A DNA stretch of 32,000 bases from Synechococcus elongatus PCC 6301 (GCF_000010065.1 NC_006576.1:900001-932000), one strand, 5' to 3'; counted from the stretch's first letter, positions 7,219 to 20,027 are shown. The notes: generated by a model from the letters alone, not told the origin. A program made the numbers and translations.

Positions 7219-7743
7219 GTGATCCTCGTCGACCACGAAATCAGAGCGCTCTGCGAAGCCGGCATGGTCAGCCCGTTTGACCCAGACCTGATCAACCCGG
7301 CCAGTCTCGACGTGCGCCTCGGCCCCAACATCATGATCGAGACGCCGAACAGTCCAAGCTTGCAGAAGCGATCGATCGCAGACTACTGCGAAGAAAGCCC
7401 CTACCTCATTGACCCATCCGAGTGGTTCTTGGGTGAAACCCTGGAGCTGTTCAACATTCCGCGATCGCTTGCTGCCAAGTTCGTTCTTAAGAGCAGCCGA
7501 GCCCGAGAAGGGATCAACCATCTCTATGCAGGCTTTGCGGACCCACGCTTCCACAACTCCGTACTGACCTTAGAAATCGTCAACGTCCGGCGGTTTCATC
7601 CCGTTCCCATCTGGCCAGGGATGCTGATCGGGCAACTGATTTTCTGGCGCTTGAGCGACGAGCCAGAGCGGGATTACTCCGTGACCGGTCGCTACAACGA
7701 CTGCCTGACTGTGACCGCTAGCAAAGACGCGGGGAAGTCCTGA
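7219..7743 (+). CDS. dCTP deaminase / dUTPase superfamily protein
   Basis: FVLKSSRAREGINHLYAGFADPRFHNSVLTLEIVNVRRFHPVPIWPGMLIGQLIFWRL matches the Dcd active-site region (KSS.AR.G...DP.....LE..N). Confidence 0.85.
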   Translation: MILVDHEIRALCEAGMVSPFDPDLINPASLDVRLGPNIMIETPNSPSLQKRSIADYCEESPYLIDPSEWFLGETLELFNIPRSLAAKFVLKSSRAREGINHLYAGFADPRFHNSVLTLEIVNVRRFHPVPIWPGMLIGQLIFWRLSDEPERDYSVTGRYNDCLTVTASKDAGKS

Positions 7744-7964
7744 TGGCTCGCTACTGGCTGCAACTCTTCGACCCGTCAGGCCAAGCGCTTGAGCCGACAA
7801 CCGAGTGGGTCTGTGACGACATCAACGCGCCCGAAGTTGCTCACAAATGCTGTGACTTGCTGCGACATGCGCAGGTCGAAACCATCGAAATCTATGACGC
7901 ACCACCGACGCCTGGCGCCCTTCCTGTGCAGGTTCACCGGAGGAACCCATGCAAGAAAACCTGA
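7743..7964 (+). CDS. Small hypothetical protein
   Basis: 73 aa, start overlaps the end of the dcd-like gene. Confidence 0.45.
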   Translation: MARYWLQLFDPSGQALEPTTEWVCDDINAPEVAHKCCDLLRHAQVETIEIYDAPPTPGALPVQVHRRNPCKKT

Positions 7965-8149
7965 CCCTCAAAGACTGTCAGCTCATCTGCTTTCACCTGC
8001 GAATGATGAAGTGGCAAATCTTCAGAGAGGGATTCCTCGACTCGTTTTCTGAGTGCAAACAGGTCGAGATCCTAGACGCCTACTACTCCGCCAAACGAGC
8101 CCTACGAAAAATCGCTGAACTCTATGGCTATGACCTATCTATCGACTAA
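7949..8149 (+). CDS. Small hypothetical protein
   Basis: 66 aa, overlaps neighbours in the same string. Confidence 0.4.
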   Translation: MQENLTLKDCQLICFHLRMMKWQIFREGFLDSFSECKQVEILDAYYSAKRALRKIAELYGYDLSID

Positions 8150-8348
8150 AGCGATGGCCGCGTTGCTGGGCTGCAACCCTGAGACCCTGCGCCGCAACTA
8201 CCGCTCAGGCCTTTACAAGCTCGGCACCCACTGCGTCGTCATTAACCCCAAGGCACCGCCAAAGCAGCAGCGTTTGCGCTGGAATTCTGAGCAAGTGCTT
8301 CGCACCAATGCGGGCCTTCGGGCTTACCGCAGCAAGTCCTCGGCGTAG
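8124..8348 (+). CDS. Xis-like/HTH small protein (candidate excisionase)
   Basis: 74 aa; STKAMAALLGCNPETLRRNYRSGLYKLGTHCVVI...RLRWNSEQVLR is MerR/Xis-like; position beside the integrase. Confidence 0.5.
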   Translation: MAMTYLSTKAMAALLGCNPETLRRNYRSGLYKLGTHCVVINPKAPPKQQRLRWNSEQVLRTNAGLRAYRSKSSA

Positions 8349-9424
8349 CTCTGGACTTCGCGATCGCCTAGCCAGCGATGGTAGGTCTCGGTGTGGACTT
8401 GAGGGCTGTGTCCCATCATCTTGGCAGCCACCGTCACCGGGAACTCGTACTCAATTAGCCGAACGGCATAGCTATGCCGCAATCCATATAAAGGTGGCAC
8501 ACCGTTGGCTTTGGCCCACTGCCCAGCTCGAGTGCCCAACTCTTGATTGTTGCGGACGTTGATCGGCGGCGGCCCACCGTGGCACAGGTCAAAGCGCTGA
8601 ACCCACTGCGGTGGGCAGGGATAAACCCAGCGCGGCCCTGTCTTACCATCCTTGAGCCAAACCCGTTTTCCCTTAGATTTTCGCAACGAGTCTAGGTCCA
8701 GGTACCAAGCTTCGTGCGGGCGAAGGCCGTAGGTCGCGATCGCTGCATAGACCCAGATCCAGCCAGCTCGAAACTCAGGCTGATGGTGCAGCTGCATATT
8801 CTTAAGGTGGTCAAACCAGTCGACAATCTGCTGCTGTGTTGGTAGTTCGCGAGGGACGACTTCGCGCCGAGTCGCAACCCCCTGCCACGGCCGCGCATCT
8901 AACGGCTGGTTGGCGACTGCGCACAGAAATCGGCAGGCGACGATCGCCTTCTGCAGTGCATTCGGGAAGCCGCGCTTACTACTTAAGTAGCGGTGGATCA
9001 GCTCTAGGCTAAATGGCTTGTCTAGCCCAATCTGGCGGTAGTGCGCAACGTAGACCCGCTGCCAGGTGCTCAACGTCTTGGCCGTGCGATCGCGCTCTGA
9101 GAAGTAGCGCTCCTCAGCCAGATGCACCAGCCCACTCATCACGCTGGCGTCGATCGGAAGCTCCACATGGTCTTGCCAGCGGAACCGATCCATCTGCAGC
9201 TCTAGCCCAACTTGGTGAGCCTTAGCTTCAGCCTGCTTCACCCCCAAGGGCGTGGCATCTAAACCCAAGGGCATGCGCTGCTGCTTCCACTCACCACCAG
9301 GAAGCTTCGGCGGCAAGTTGCCACGCAGGTACAGAGAGGCCTTCCGTCGCTCGATGGTCAGCCGCACACCTGCACTTTTGAGCCGCTGTGTAGCCTCTTT
9401 GCAAAGCCGATCGATCGCTTCCAA
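8324..9424 (-). CDS. int: Tyrosine site-specific recombinase (phage integrase)
   Basis: 366 aa; YGLRPHEAWYLDLDS (Arg I), YGLRHSYAVRLIEYEFPVTVAAKMMGHSPQVHTETYHRW (R, H and Y region); adjacent to a tRNA gene; TTG start at 9424. Confidence 0.85.
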   Translation of the reverse strand: MEAIDRLCKEATQRLKSAGVRLTIERRKASLYLRGNLPPKLPGGEWKQQRMPLGLDATPLGVKQAEAKAHQVGLELQMDRFRWQDHVELPIDASVMSGLVHLAEERYFSERDRTAKTLSTWQRVYVAHYRQIGLDKPFSLELIHRYLSSKRGFPNALQKAIVACRFLCAVANQPLDARPWQGVATRREVVPRELPTQQQIVDWFDHLKNMQLHHQPEFRAGWIWVYAAIATYGLRPHEAWYLDLDSLRKSKGKRVWLKDGKTGPRWVYPCPPQWVQRFDLCHGGPPPINVRNNQELGTRAGQWAKANGVPPLYGLRHSYAVRLIEYEFPVTVAAKMMGHSPQVHTETYHRWLGDREVQSYAEDLLR

Positions 9425-9427
9425 AAG

Positions 9428-9459
9428 GTGGCCTAACCAGTGGACTACTCGGTGGACTA
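9428..9459. repeat. Three GTGG(C/A)CTA iterons at exact 12-bp period
   Basis: GTGGCCTA 9428-9435, GTGGACTA 9440-9447, GTGGACTA 9452-9459. Confidence 0.6.
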
Positions 9460-9516
9460 AATCAGGGTAGTACGCAGTCGCTCAAAGTTGCACGGAGTCG
9501 TACGGCACTGCAAAAC

Positions 9517-9551
9517 AAAACCCCCTCGGAGACTGGCTTCAAGGGGGTTTG
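9517..9551 (-). terminator. Intrinsic terminator downstream of tRNA-Leu(CAA)
   Basis: AAAACCCCCT ... AGGGGGTTTT inverted repeat (10 bp). Confidence 0.7.
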
Positions 9552-9561
9552 ATTGAGTGAT

Positions 9562-9645
9562 GGGCAAGGTGGGACTCGAACCCACACACTATCGCTAGCG
9601 GCAGATTTTGAGTCTGCTGCGTCTACCAATTCCGCCACTTGCCCG
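9562..9645 (-). tRNA. tRNA-Leu (anticodon CAA)
   Basis: Minus: GGGCAAGTGGCGGAATTGGTAGACGCAGCAGACTCAAAATCTGC...GGGTTCGAGTCCCACCTTGCCCA; acceptor stem GGGCAAG/CTTGCCC and long variable arm. Confidence 0.95.
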
Positions 9646-9690
9646 TGGCACTTTCGTTACAGTACCAGATACAAGCGTTGTTGCCAAGGG

Positions 9691-11007
9691 CTATTCTGCC
9701 GTAAAGCGCTTGATATCAGCGCCTAACTTGCGAAGTTTTTCCTCAATGTTTTCGTAGCCGCGATCGAGGTGCTGCAGGCCGCTGATTTGGGTTTTGCCCT
9801 CCGCTGCTAAGGCCGCCAAGATCAGAGCCGCAGAAGCCCGCAGATCGGTAGCCAGCACCGGTGCCCCCGAGAGCTGCGGTACGCCCCGGACGATCGCCGT
9901 ATTGCCTTGCAAACGGATGTCTGCACCCATGCGCTGCAGTTCAGCCACGTGCTGCATTCGGTTCTCAAACACCGTCTCGGTGATCACGCTATCCCCTTCA
10001 CAAATGCTCATCAACGCCATAAATTGCGCCTGCATATCTGTGGGGAAGCCCGGATAGGGAAGTGTCCGTAGGTCAACCCCTCGCAAGCTGCCCTGGGGTT
10101 GGGTCTGGAGCTCGTTGCTGCTGGTCTGGACGATCGGACAGCCCATTTCCTCAAGCTTGGCGATTGTAGCCGAGAGGTGATCGGGAATTACCGGCGCGAC
10201 ATTAATTACCGAGTTAGTGATTGCCCCAGCGATCAGAAAAGTGCCTGCCTCAATGCGATCGGGGATGATCGCGTAGTCCGCCGTGTGCAGTCGCTCCACC
10301 CCTTGGATGGAGATGGTGTTGGTACCAGCTCCGCGAATACGAGCCCCCATCGCGCGACAGAAGTTGGCCAAATCCACAACTTCTGGTTCTTGCGCAGCAT
10401 TCTCGAGGATGGTTTCCCCTTCCGCCAGCACAGCTGCCATCATCAGGGTTTCAGTTGCGCCGACACTGGGGCAGTCGAGATAGATCCGCGCGCCTTGCAG
10501 GCGACGGCGTGAGCCGGGAATTGCAGCACTGACAATGCCATGCTCAATTTGGACGTGGGCACCCAACGCACGGAGGCCACGCACATGCAGATCCACCGGA
10601 CGCGCCCCAATGTTGCAGCCACCGGGCAGTGGCATGCGAGCTACCCCTACCCGTGCCAAGAGCGGACCGATCGCAAAAAAGCTGGCGCGCAGCTGATTAA
10701 CGAGCTCGTAGGGAGCAGCCGGACTGCTGAGATCCCGCAGATCGAGATCAATACAGTCGCCCTGTTGCTGGGTTTTGACGCCCAATGCCTCCAGAATCTC
10801 CAGCATGCGGCCCACGTCAGCCAGCTGCGGAACATTGCGAATCCGGCATTGGTCAGGACAAAGCAGCGCTCCAGCCATGACAACGAGAGCAGAATTTTTG
10901 GCCCCACTGACGTGAACGGTGCCCGAAAGGGGACGGTTGCCAACAATTTCGAGGAAGGAAGCAGGCGCAGTGGCAGCCTCAGAAGCCGATAAAGACAGGG
11001 CGGAAAT
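9691..11007 (-). CDS. murA: UDP-N-acetylglucosamine 1-carboxyvinyltransferase; start probably ATT at 11007 (ORF track start 10878 is too short)
   Basis: The frame upstream of 10878 encodes ...[34 protein letters not shown], the conserved MurA N-terminus; catalytic loop region [19 protein letters not shown]; SD GAGGAGG 8 nt before ATT. Confidence 0.9.
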   Translation of the reverse strand: MSALSLSASEAATAPASFLEIVGNRPLSGTVHVSGAKNSALVVMAGALLCPDQCRIRNVPQLADVGRMLEILEALGVKTQQQGDCIDLDLRDLSSPAAPYELVNQLRASFFAIGPLLARVGVARMPLPGGCNIGARPVDLHVRGLRALGAHVQIEHGIVSAAIPGSRRRLQGARIYLDCPSVGATETLMMAAVLAEGETILENAAQEPEVVDLANFCRAMGARIRGAGTNTISIQGVERLHTADYAIIPDRIEAGTFLIAGAITNSVINVAPVIPDHLSATIAKLEEMGCPIVQTSSNELQTQPQGSLRGVDLRTLPYPGFPTDMQAQFMALMSICEGDSVITETVFENRMQHVAELQRMGADIRLQGNTAIVRGVPQLSGAPVLATDLRASAALILAALAAEGKTQISGLQHLDRGYENIEEKLRKLGADIKRFTAE

Positions 11008-11177
11008 GGCTCGTTCCTCCTCAAGTGGGGCGCAGGGGTCAAAAAAGTGACCTAATACTACAGGAAACTTGCAGCCTGTCTAGGCAGTAGTAGACAACTC
11101 AGTTGCTGACCTCAGAGACTGCTTGACAAAATTTTCTATCGGACTAAAGTAATTAATTGTGCGGTTCGCACTTGCCA

Positions 11178-11261
11178 GCGGAACTGGCGGAATTGGTAGA
11201 CGCGCTAGATTCAGGTTCTAGTGGTTTCACGACTGTCCGGGTTCAAGTCCCGGGTTCCGCA
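11178..11261 (+). tRNA. tRNA-Leu (anticodon CAG)
   Basis: GCGGAACTGGCGGAATTGGTAGACGCGCTAGATTCAGGTTCTAGTGG...GGGTTCAAGTCCCGGGTTCCGCA; acceptor GCGGAAC/GTTCCGC. Confidence 0.95.
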
Positions 11262-11270
11262 TTCTTTCTT

Positions 11271-11306
11271 ACCCCTGTCATCAATGGTCATAGGGGTTCG
11301 TTTTTT
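11271..11306 (+). terminator. Intrinsic terminator after tRNA-Leu(CAG)
   Basis: ACCCCT ... AGGGGT then TCGTTTTTT. Confidence 0.55.
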
Positions 11307-11419
11307 GTTATCTGTGACTATTGCCCACGCAGTAGGAATCTGGCTGTCCATGGCAGTGGGCGGAATCTCATCCGCCACACTAGGACTGGATTGATTCGCC
11401 ATTCAAGGGAGGTTGTGGG

Positions 11420-13126
11420 ATGTTTTGGCTAGCGCAACTGCCTCCCTTGCAAGTCGTCTATCCGGCCGACCAACAGAAAACTCAGGCCGATCGCATTTTC
11501 CTGATCGGTACGGCAGATCCTCGCCAGACCGTGACCATCAATGGCCAACTGATCCAACGCAGTCCTGCAGGCCACTTCGCCCCGAGCTTTCCCCTCCAAC
11601 TAGGCCCCAATCAATTCGAACTGCGATCGGGCGATCAGCGTTTGACCCTCACCGTTATCCGACAGGCAGCCCAGCCCGCATTAGCGCCAGGGACCTTGTT
11701 AGCTGATCTGCAACCTCAGCAGACGATCGCGGTCAGTCCGGGTCAGCCCGTCTGTTTCTCAGCGATCGCCGTCCCGCAAGCTCAGATCCAAGTCCAGATC
11801 GGATCGCTACAACTGCCGTTGCAGGGGCAAGCGATCGCGCCACTGCCGAGTAATTCGGCTGTCTTGATTGGTCAAAATCAGCCCGATCGCCCTGCTCCGA
11901 TTCAACGCTATGAAGGCTGCACCACTGCTTTAGCCGCAGGATTTCAAGGGCAGCCGCAGTTTCAGATTCAGGCTGGCGATCGCCGCCTCACACAAGCCGC
12001 TCCAGGTTCCGTGACAGTGTGGCCCGCCCAGCCTTACCGAGTGGCCACGGTGACAGCTCCAGAAGCGATCGCCCGAACGGGGCCGAGTACCGATCATTCA
12101 CGCCTGACACCCTTACCCCAGGGCACTCAAGCGCAAGTCTTGGGGCAGACTGGCGAGTGGTTGCAGCTGGCCTATGGCGGCTGGATGCGTACCTCAGAAG
12201 CGCGACTGACGACGAGTGCCGCTCTGCCGCGATCGCAGGTTCGCAGTGCCAGCTTTCAAAGCCGCGATCGCTGGCTGGAATTTCGGGTACCTTTGAATCG
12301 ACCAGCCCCGCTGCGGCTGGAACAACAGGGCGATCGCCTGACCCTGCAGCTCTACGAAACCACAGCGCAAACCGACACGATTCGCCTCAGCACCGATCCT
12401 TGGCTGCGTAGCTTCCGCTGGGAGCAAGCTCGCCCCGGCGAAGTCACCTATCACCTTCAGCTCGCGAGCCAACAACAGTGGGGCTATCGACTGCGCTACG
12501 ACGGCAACATACTCGTACTGTCTATTCGCAAGCCGCCGACCATCAGCCAATCACGATTGCAGCAACCCTTGCGAGGCCTGAGGATCTATCTGGATCCAGG
12601 TCACGGCAGTGCGGAAGATTTGGGGGCCCGAGGGCCGGATGGCACGCCCGAAAAAGATGTGACCCTGACCGTCTCGAACTTGCTGCGCGATCGCCTCCAG
12701 CAGCTTGGAGCCGCAGTTTTAATGAGTCGTAAAGGTGATGAGGACATTTGGCCACAGGAACGCGCAGCACAGATTCAGGCTTTAGAGCCGGATATTGCCC
12801 TGAGTTTGCATTACAACGCACTCCCAGATGCGGGTGACGCCGAAGGCACGCAGGGAATCGGTGCTTTTTGGTATCAAGACCAGTCGCAGGACTTGGCGCG
12901 ATCGCTCCATGACAGTCTGGTGAGCCGCTTACAGCGACCCTCCTACGGCATTTTCTGGAATAACTTGGCACTGACCCGACCCACAGTTGCGCCCTCGGTA
13001 CTGTTGGAGTTGGGCTTCATGATTAACCCGCGGGAATTTGAATGGATCGTTGATCTCGACGCCCAAAGCCAATTGGTTGAGGCGATCGCCCAAGGGTTGG
13101 TCGATTGGTTCCATTCACAGCCGTAA
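11420..13126 (+). CDS. N-acetylmuramoyl-L-alanine amidase with SH3-like domain
   Basis: [22 protein letters not shown] (Amidase_3), [23 protein letters not shown]; mid-region [36 protein letters not shown] is SH3-like. Confidence 0.85.
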   Translation: MFWLAQLPPLQVVYPADQQKTQADRIFLIGTADPRQTVTINGQLIQRSPAGHFAPSFPLQLGPNQFELRSGDQRLTLTVIRQAAQPALAPGTLLADLQPQQTIAVSPGQPVCFSAIAVPQAQIQVQIGSLQLPLQGQAIAPLPSNSAVLIGQNQPDRPAPIQRYEGCTTALAAGFQGQPQFQIQAGDRRLTQAAPGSVTVWPAQPYRVATVTAPEAIARTGPSTDHSRLTPLPQGTQAQVLGQTGEWLQLAYGGWMRTSEARLTTSAALPRSQVRSASFQSRDRWLEFRVPLNRPAPLRLEQQGDRLTLQLYETTAQTDTIRLSTDPWLRSFRWEQARPGEVTYHLQLASQQQWGYRLRYDGNILVLSIRKPPTISQSRLQQPLRGLRIYLDPGHGSAEDLGARGPDGTPEKDVTLTVSNLLRDRLQQLGAAVLMSRKGDEDIWPQERAAQIQALEPDIALSLHYNALPDAGDAEGTQGIGAFWYQDQSQDLARSLHDSLVSRLQRPSYGIFWNNLALTRPTVAPSVLLELGFMINPREFEWIVDLDAQSQLVEAIAQGLVDWFHSQP

Positions 13127-13196
13127 TCGCTGGAATACACGTCCGGTTCCGCTTCCGTGGCACTTTAAAGAAGTGATCCGAACTGCTCGCGGTGCC

Positions 13197-14420
13197 ATGC
13201 AGACCCTCTCCACCCCCAGCACAACTGCCACTGAGTTTGATACCGTCATCCACCGGCGCCCTACGCGATCGGTTCGGGTCGGTGATATCTGGATTGGCAG
13301 CCGCCATCCCGTCGTTGTCCAGTCGATGATCAACGAGGACACCCTCGACATCGATGGGTCTGTTGCCGCGATCCGCCGCCTGCATGAGATTGGCTGCGAG
13401 ATCGTCCGCGTCACGGTGCCCAGTCTTGGCCATGCCAAAGCGGTCGGTGACATTAAAAAGAAACTGCAAGACACCTATCGCGACGTGCCCTTGGTTGCCG
13501 ACGTCCACCACAACGGTATGAAGATCGCGCTGGAAGTCGCCAAGCACGTTGACAAAGTCCGGATCAATCCTGGTCTCTACGTCTTTGAGAAGCCCGATCC
13601 GAATCGTCAGGGCTACACACCAGAAGAATTTGAGCGAATTGGCAAGCAAATTCGCGACACGCTTGAGCCCTTAGTCACCAGCCTGCGCGAGCAGGACAAG
13701 GCCATGCGGATTGGCGTCAACCACGGCTCTCTAGCCGAGCGGATGCTGTTCACCTACGGCGACACGCCGGAAGGCATGGTGGAATCGGCGTTGGAATTCC
13801 TGCGACTCTGCGAAGAGATGGACTTCCGTAATCTCGTCATCTCCATGAAAGCGAGCCGAGCGCCGGTGATGATGGCGGCCTATCGCCTGATGGCCAAACG
13901 GATGGATGATCTGGGCATGGATTATCCGCTCCACTTGGGTGTGACCGAAGCCGGTGATGGTGACTATGGCCGGATCAAATCGACGGTTGGGATTGGCACG
14001 CTGCTAGCGGAAGGGATTGGCGATACGATTCGCGTTTCGCTCACGGAAGCCCCCGAAAACGAAATTCCGGTTTGCTATTCGATTTTGCAAGCCCTCGGCC
14101 TCCGCAAAACCATGGTTGAGTATGTCGCCTGTCCAAGTTGCGGACGGACACTCTTCAATCTGGAAGAGGTCCTTCACAAAGTGCGGGCTGCAACCAATCA
14201 TTTGGTTGGCTTGGATATTGCTGTCATGGGTTGCATCGTCAATGGCCCTGGCGAAATGGCTGATGCTGACTACGGCTACGTTGGCAAAACCCCAGGAACG
14301 ATCGCCCTTTACCGAGGACGAGATGAAATCAAACGAGTTCCCGAAGAGCAAGGTGTAGAAGAACTGATCAACCTGATCAAAGCAGATGGACGCTGGGTTG
14401 AACCGGAACCGATTGCCTAA
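13197..14420 (+). CDS. ispG: 4-hydroxy-3-methylbut-2-en-1-yl diphosphate synthase
   Basis: [27 protein letters not shown]..., [36 protein letters not shown]. The N-terminal extension from 13038 overlaps the amidase and is rejected. Confidence 0.95.
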   Translation: MQTLSTPSTTATEFDTVIHRRPTRSVRVGDIWIGSRHPVVVQSMINEDTLDIDGSVAAIRRLHEIGCEIVRVTVPSLGHAKAVGDIKKKLQDTYRDVPLVADVHHNGMKIALEVAKHVDKVRINPGLYVFEKPDPNRQGYTPEEFERIGKQIRDTLEPLVTSLREQDKAMRIGVNHGSLAERMLFTYGDTPEGMVESALEFLRLCEEMDFRNLVISMKASRAPVMMAAYRLMAKRMDDLGMDYPLHLGVTEAGDGDYGRIKSTVGIGTLLAEGIGDTIRVSLTEAPENEIPVCYSILQALGLRKTMVEYVACPSCGRTLFNLEEVLHKVRAATNHLVGLDIAVMGCIVNGPGEMADADYGYVGKTPGTIALYRGRDEIKRVPEEQGVEELINLIKADGRWVEPEPIA

Positions 14421-14519
14421 GTAAAAAGCCAGAAATTTTGACGTCTATCGGGACTGTGTCGCTCAAGAAAGCCTGTGCTAGATTGAGCCTACTCCTTTCC
14501 TGATAGGCGGTTTTCGCCA

Positions 14520-15797
14520 ATGGCTTTTTCTAATCGCAAGCTCATCGCCGGTATTTGTGCTTCTGCGATCGCGACCGTAGCTGTGGTGGGGGCAGGGAAT
14601 CACTGGGCGAGGGGGCAAGCGCTCTTTCAAGAAAGCCCAAAAGAGATCATTGATGAAGTCTGGCAAGTTGTCGATCGCAACTACGTTGATAGCGTTGGCA
14701 CTTTTGATCGCAACAAATGGCGTCAGCTGAGACGCGAATATCTTGCCCGGAATTACAAGACGCGGGAAGAGGCCTACAGCGCTGTCAAAGAGATGCTGAA
14801 GACGCTGGGGGATCCTTACACCCGCTTCATGGATCCGGATGAGTTTAAAGACATGCAAATTGACACTTCGGGTGAACTCACCGGGGTGGGAATTCAGCTT
14901 AGCCAGGACCCTGATACAAAAGAGCTGATCGTTGTTTCACCGATCGAAGGTTCTCCGGCTGCTGCGGCAGGCATTCGATCGCGGGACGTCATCGTCAAAA
15001 TTGACCAAAAGACCACGCAAGGCATGTCTTCCGATGAGGCGGTCAAACTGATCCGTGGCCCCGTCGGTAGCAAGATCACGCTGACCATCCGCCGCGAGAA
15101 AGAAACGATCGCCTTCCCGATCGTGCGGGAACGGATTGAGATTCACTCCGTGAGTGCCCGCGTTCAAGAGTCGCCAACCGGCCCCGTCGGCTACATCCGC
15201 CTGCGGCAATTTAGTGCCAACTCGGCACCAGAAATGCGGCAAGCCATCAAGGATTTGGAGGCCAAAAATGTTAAGGGCTATGTGCTTGACCTGCGATCCA
15301 ATCCAGGCGGGTTGCTCTACGCGAGCATCGACATTGCTCGGATGTGGCTACCGAAAGGCGTAATTGTCTCGACCAAAGATCGCAGCGGCATTTCGGAGCA
15401 AGCATCGGCGAACAACCGTGCACTGACCGATAAGCCTCTCGTCGTTTTGGTGGATGGCGGTTCAGCTAGCGCTAGCGAAATCCTCTCTGGTGCTCTGCAA
15501 GACAACAACCGAGCTGTCCTGATTGGTTCCAAGACCTTTGGTAAAGGTCTTGTGCAATCCGTGCGGCCGCTGGGCGATGGCTCTGGGTTAGCGGTCACGA
15601 TCGCCAAGTACCTAACCCCCAGTGGTCGGGACATCAATAAGCAGGGAATCGAGCCCAATATTGTTGCTGAACTGACCGATGCTCAGCGCGAAGATCTCAG
15701 CAAAAATCAGGATCAAATTGGAACGGCTAGCGATCCTCAATTCCAATCAGCTCTGAAAGTGCTGACCCAACAGATTGCAACAGCTTCGAATAAGTAA
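14520..15797 (+). CDS. ctp: Carboxyl-terminal processing protease (S41 family, PDZ)
   Basis: PDZ region GVGIQLSQDPDTKELIVVSPIEGSPAAAAGI; catalytic VDGGSASASEILSGALQDNNRAVLIGSKTFGKGLVQ. Confidence 0.9.
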   Translation: MAFSNRKLIAGICASAIATVAVVGAGNHWARGQALFQESPKEIIDEVWQVVDRNYVDSVGTFDRNKWRQLRREYLARNYKTREEAYSAVKEMLKTLGDPYTRFMDPDEFKDMQIDTSGELTGVGIQLSQDPDTKELIVVSPIEGSPAAAAGIRSRDVIVKIDQKTTQGMSSDEAVKLIRGPVGSKITLTIRREKETIAFPIVRERIEIHSVSARVQESPTGPVGYIRLRQFSANSAPEMRQAIKDLEAKNVKGYVLDLRSNPGGLLYASIDIARMWLPKGVIVSTKDRSGISEQASANNRALTDKPLVVLVDGGSASASEILSGALQDNNRAVLIGSKTFGKGLVQSVRPLGDGSGLAVTIAKYLTPSGRDINKQGIEPNIVAELTDAQREDLSKNQDQIGTASDPQFQSALKVLTQQIATASNK

Positions 15798-15843
15798 ATC
15801 GGTTCTGTTTGCTGTCTCAATTCCTTAGAATGCTGCAGTGATG

Positions 15844-15881
15844 AGAGGGACGAGTTGCGATCGCAACTCGTCCCTCTTTTT
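15844..15881 (+). terminator. Perfect 34-nt palindrome centred on HIP1 followed by T-run
   Basis: AGAGGGACGAGTTGCGA|TCGCAACTCGTCCCTCT (15844-15877) then TTTT. Confidence 0.75.
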
Positions 15882-15972
15882 GATCGATTTTGAAGATAAA
15901 TGAGTCTAGAGAAGCCAACTTAACTCACCCAAGTTAAGGAGCAATGGATGAGTAGCTGGCAGGCGATCGTAG

Positions 15973-19266
<3,294 letters not shown>

Positions 19267-19388
19267 GGTACGGTCACAGCGGCAAATCCGATCTATTCTG
19301 CCATCCGCGCTGGTGCTCCCCGACACTGACCATGAGGTCAGGCTTGTATGCTAGGGACAATTGCGCATGGGTATCGTCACCACCGGCT

Positions 19389-20027
19389 ATGAGCGAACTT
19401 CAGCGTCTCAAGGGTTTGCTGCCACCCGAATTGCAGAGTTGGGTCTTTGTCGAAGCTTCGGCTGCCGTCGATCCGCCCTTGGTGACCTGCGAAGAAATCG
19501 GCCGCGACGAAGTCGAAATCCAGATCGACCTCCTGCGCTGGGAGCAGTTAGCGATCGACCAACGCAACCTGCTGTTCTGGCATGAAGTGGGCCGCATCCA
19601 AAATGATGCAATTCCCCGTGATGGCTGGGAAATGGCAGCTTTGGCGATCGGCTTGGGCGGCGCTGTCGGTGAACTGTGGGTGCGCGACGGTCTGTTGCTG
19701 TTGCTAGCCCTTGGCCTCTCGGGATTTGCTGGCTATCGCCTTTACCTAAAAAACAACAGCGAGAAAAAGCTGCAAGAAGCGATCGCAGCTGATGAACGCG
19801 CGATCGCGCTCTCAACGCGCTTTGGTTACAGTCTGCCGAATGCCTACAAGAGTTTAGGCAGCGCCATCAAAACGCTGATTGAGCAAACCCCCAAGAAAAA
19901 ACAGCGCAGCTTCTACGAAAATCGATTGCAAGCTTTGCGCCGCAGTGCTGCCAAAGCAAAAGCGAAGGCTCAACAGCAAGTGGCCGCGAATCCTGAAACT
20001 TTCGAAGACGTCTATCAGCAAGGCTAG
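19389..20027 (+). CDS. Cyanobacterial membrane-associated protein (DUF3318-like)
   Basis: MSELQRLKGLLPPELQSWVFVEASAAVDPPLVTCEEIGRDEVEIQIDLLRWEQLAIDQRNLLFWHEVGRIQ... Confidence 0.6.
   Translation: MSELQRLKGLLPPELQSWVFVEASAAVDPPLVTCEEIGRDEVEIQIDLLRWEQLAIDQRNLLFWHEVGRIQNDAIPRDGWEMAALAIGLGGAVGELWVRDGLLLLLALGLSGFAGYRLYLKNNSEKKLQEAIAADERAIALSTRFGYSLPNAYKSLGSAIKTLIEQTPKKKQRSFYENRLQALRRSAAKAKAKAQQQVAANPETFEDVYQQG

Larger units (their letters stand above)
1..9551. mobile_element. Right-hand portion of an integrated phage-like element; left end outside the window
   Basis: Integrase and Xis-like gene beside tRNA-Leu(CAA), phage-type replication/recombination genes, many small overlapping ORFs. The exact att point is undetermined. 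Confidence 0.8.

Noticed and set aside
3485-9424. Novel defence island inside the element
   Set aside because: Small unknown ORFs are present, but no toxin-antitoxin, restriction-modification, retron RT, Abi or STAND-type signature could be supported; only the Dcd-like gene has a possible defence link.
1-9500. Transposon or IS element
   Set aside because: No transposase-like ORF or terminal inverted repeats seen; the gene content fits an integrase-type phage-like element.
10099-10992. ORFs 10099-10512 (+) and 10540-10992 (+)
   Set aside because: Antisense to murA; no family signature.
11157-11432. ORF 11157-11432 (+) and 11211-11402 (-)
   Set aside because: They overlap the tRNA-Leu(CAG) gene and its terminator; translated tRNA artefacts.
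13038-13196. N-terminal extension of ispG in the ORF track
   Set aside because: Overlaps the amidase 3' end and lacks similarity; conserved IspG begins at about 13197.
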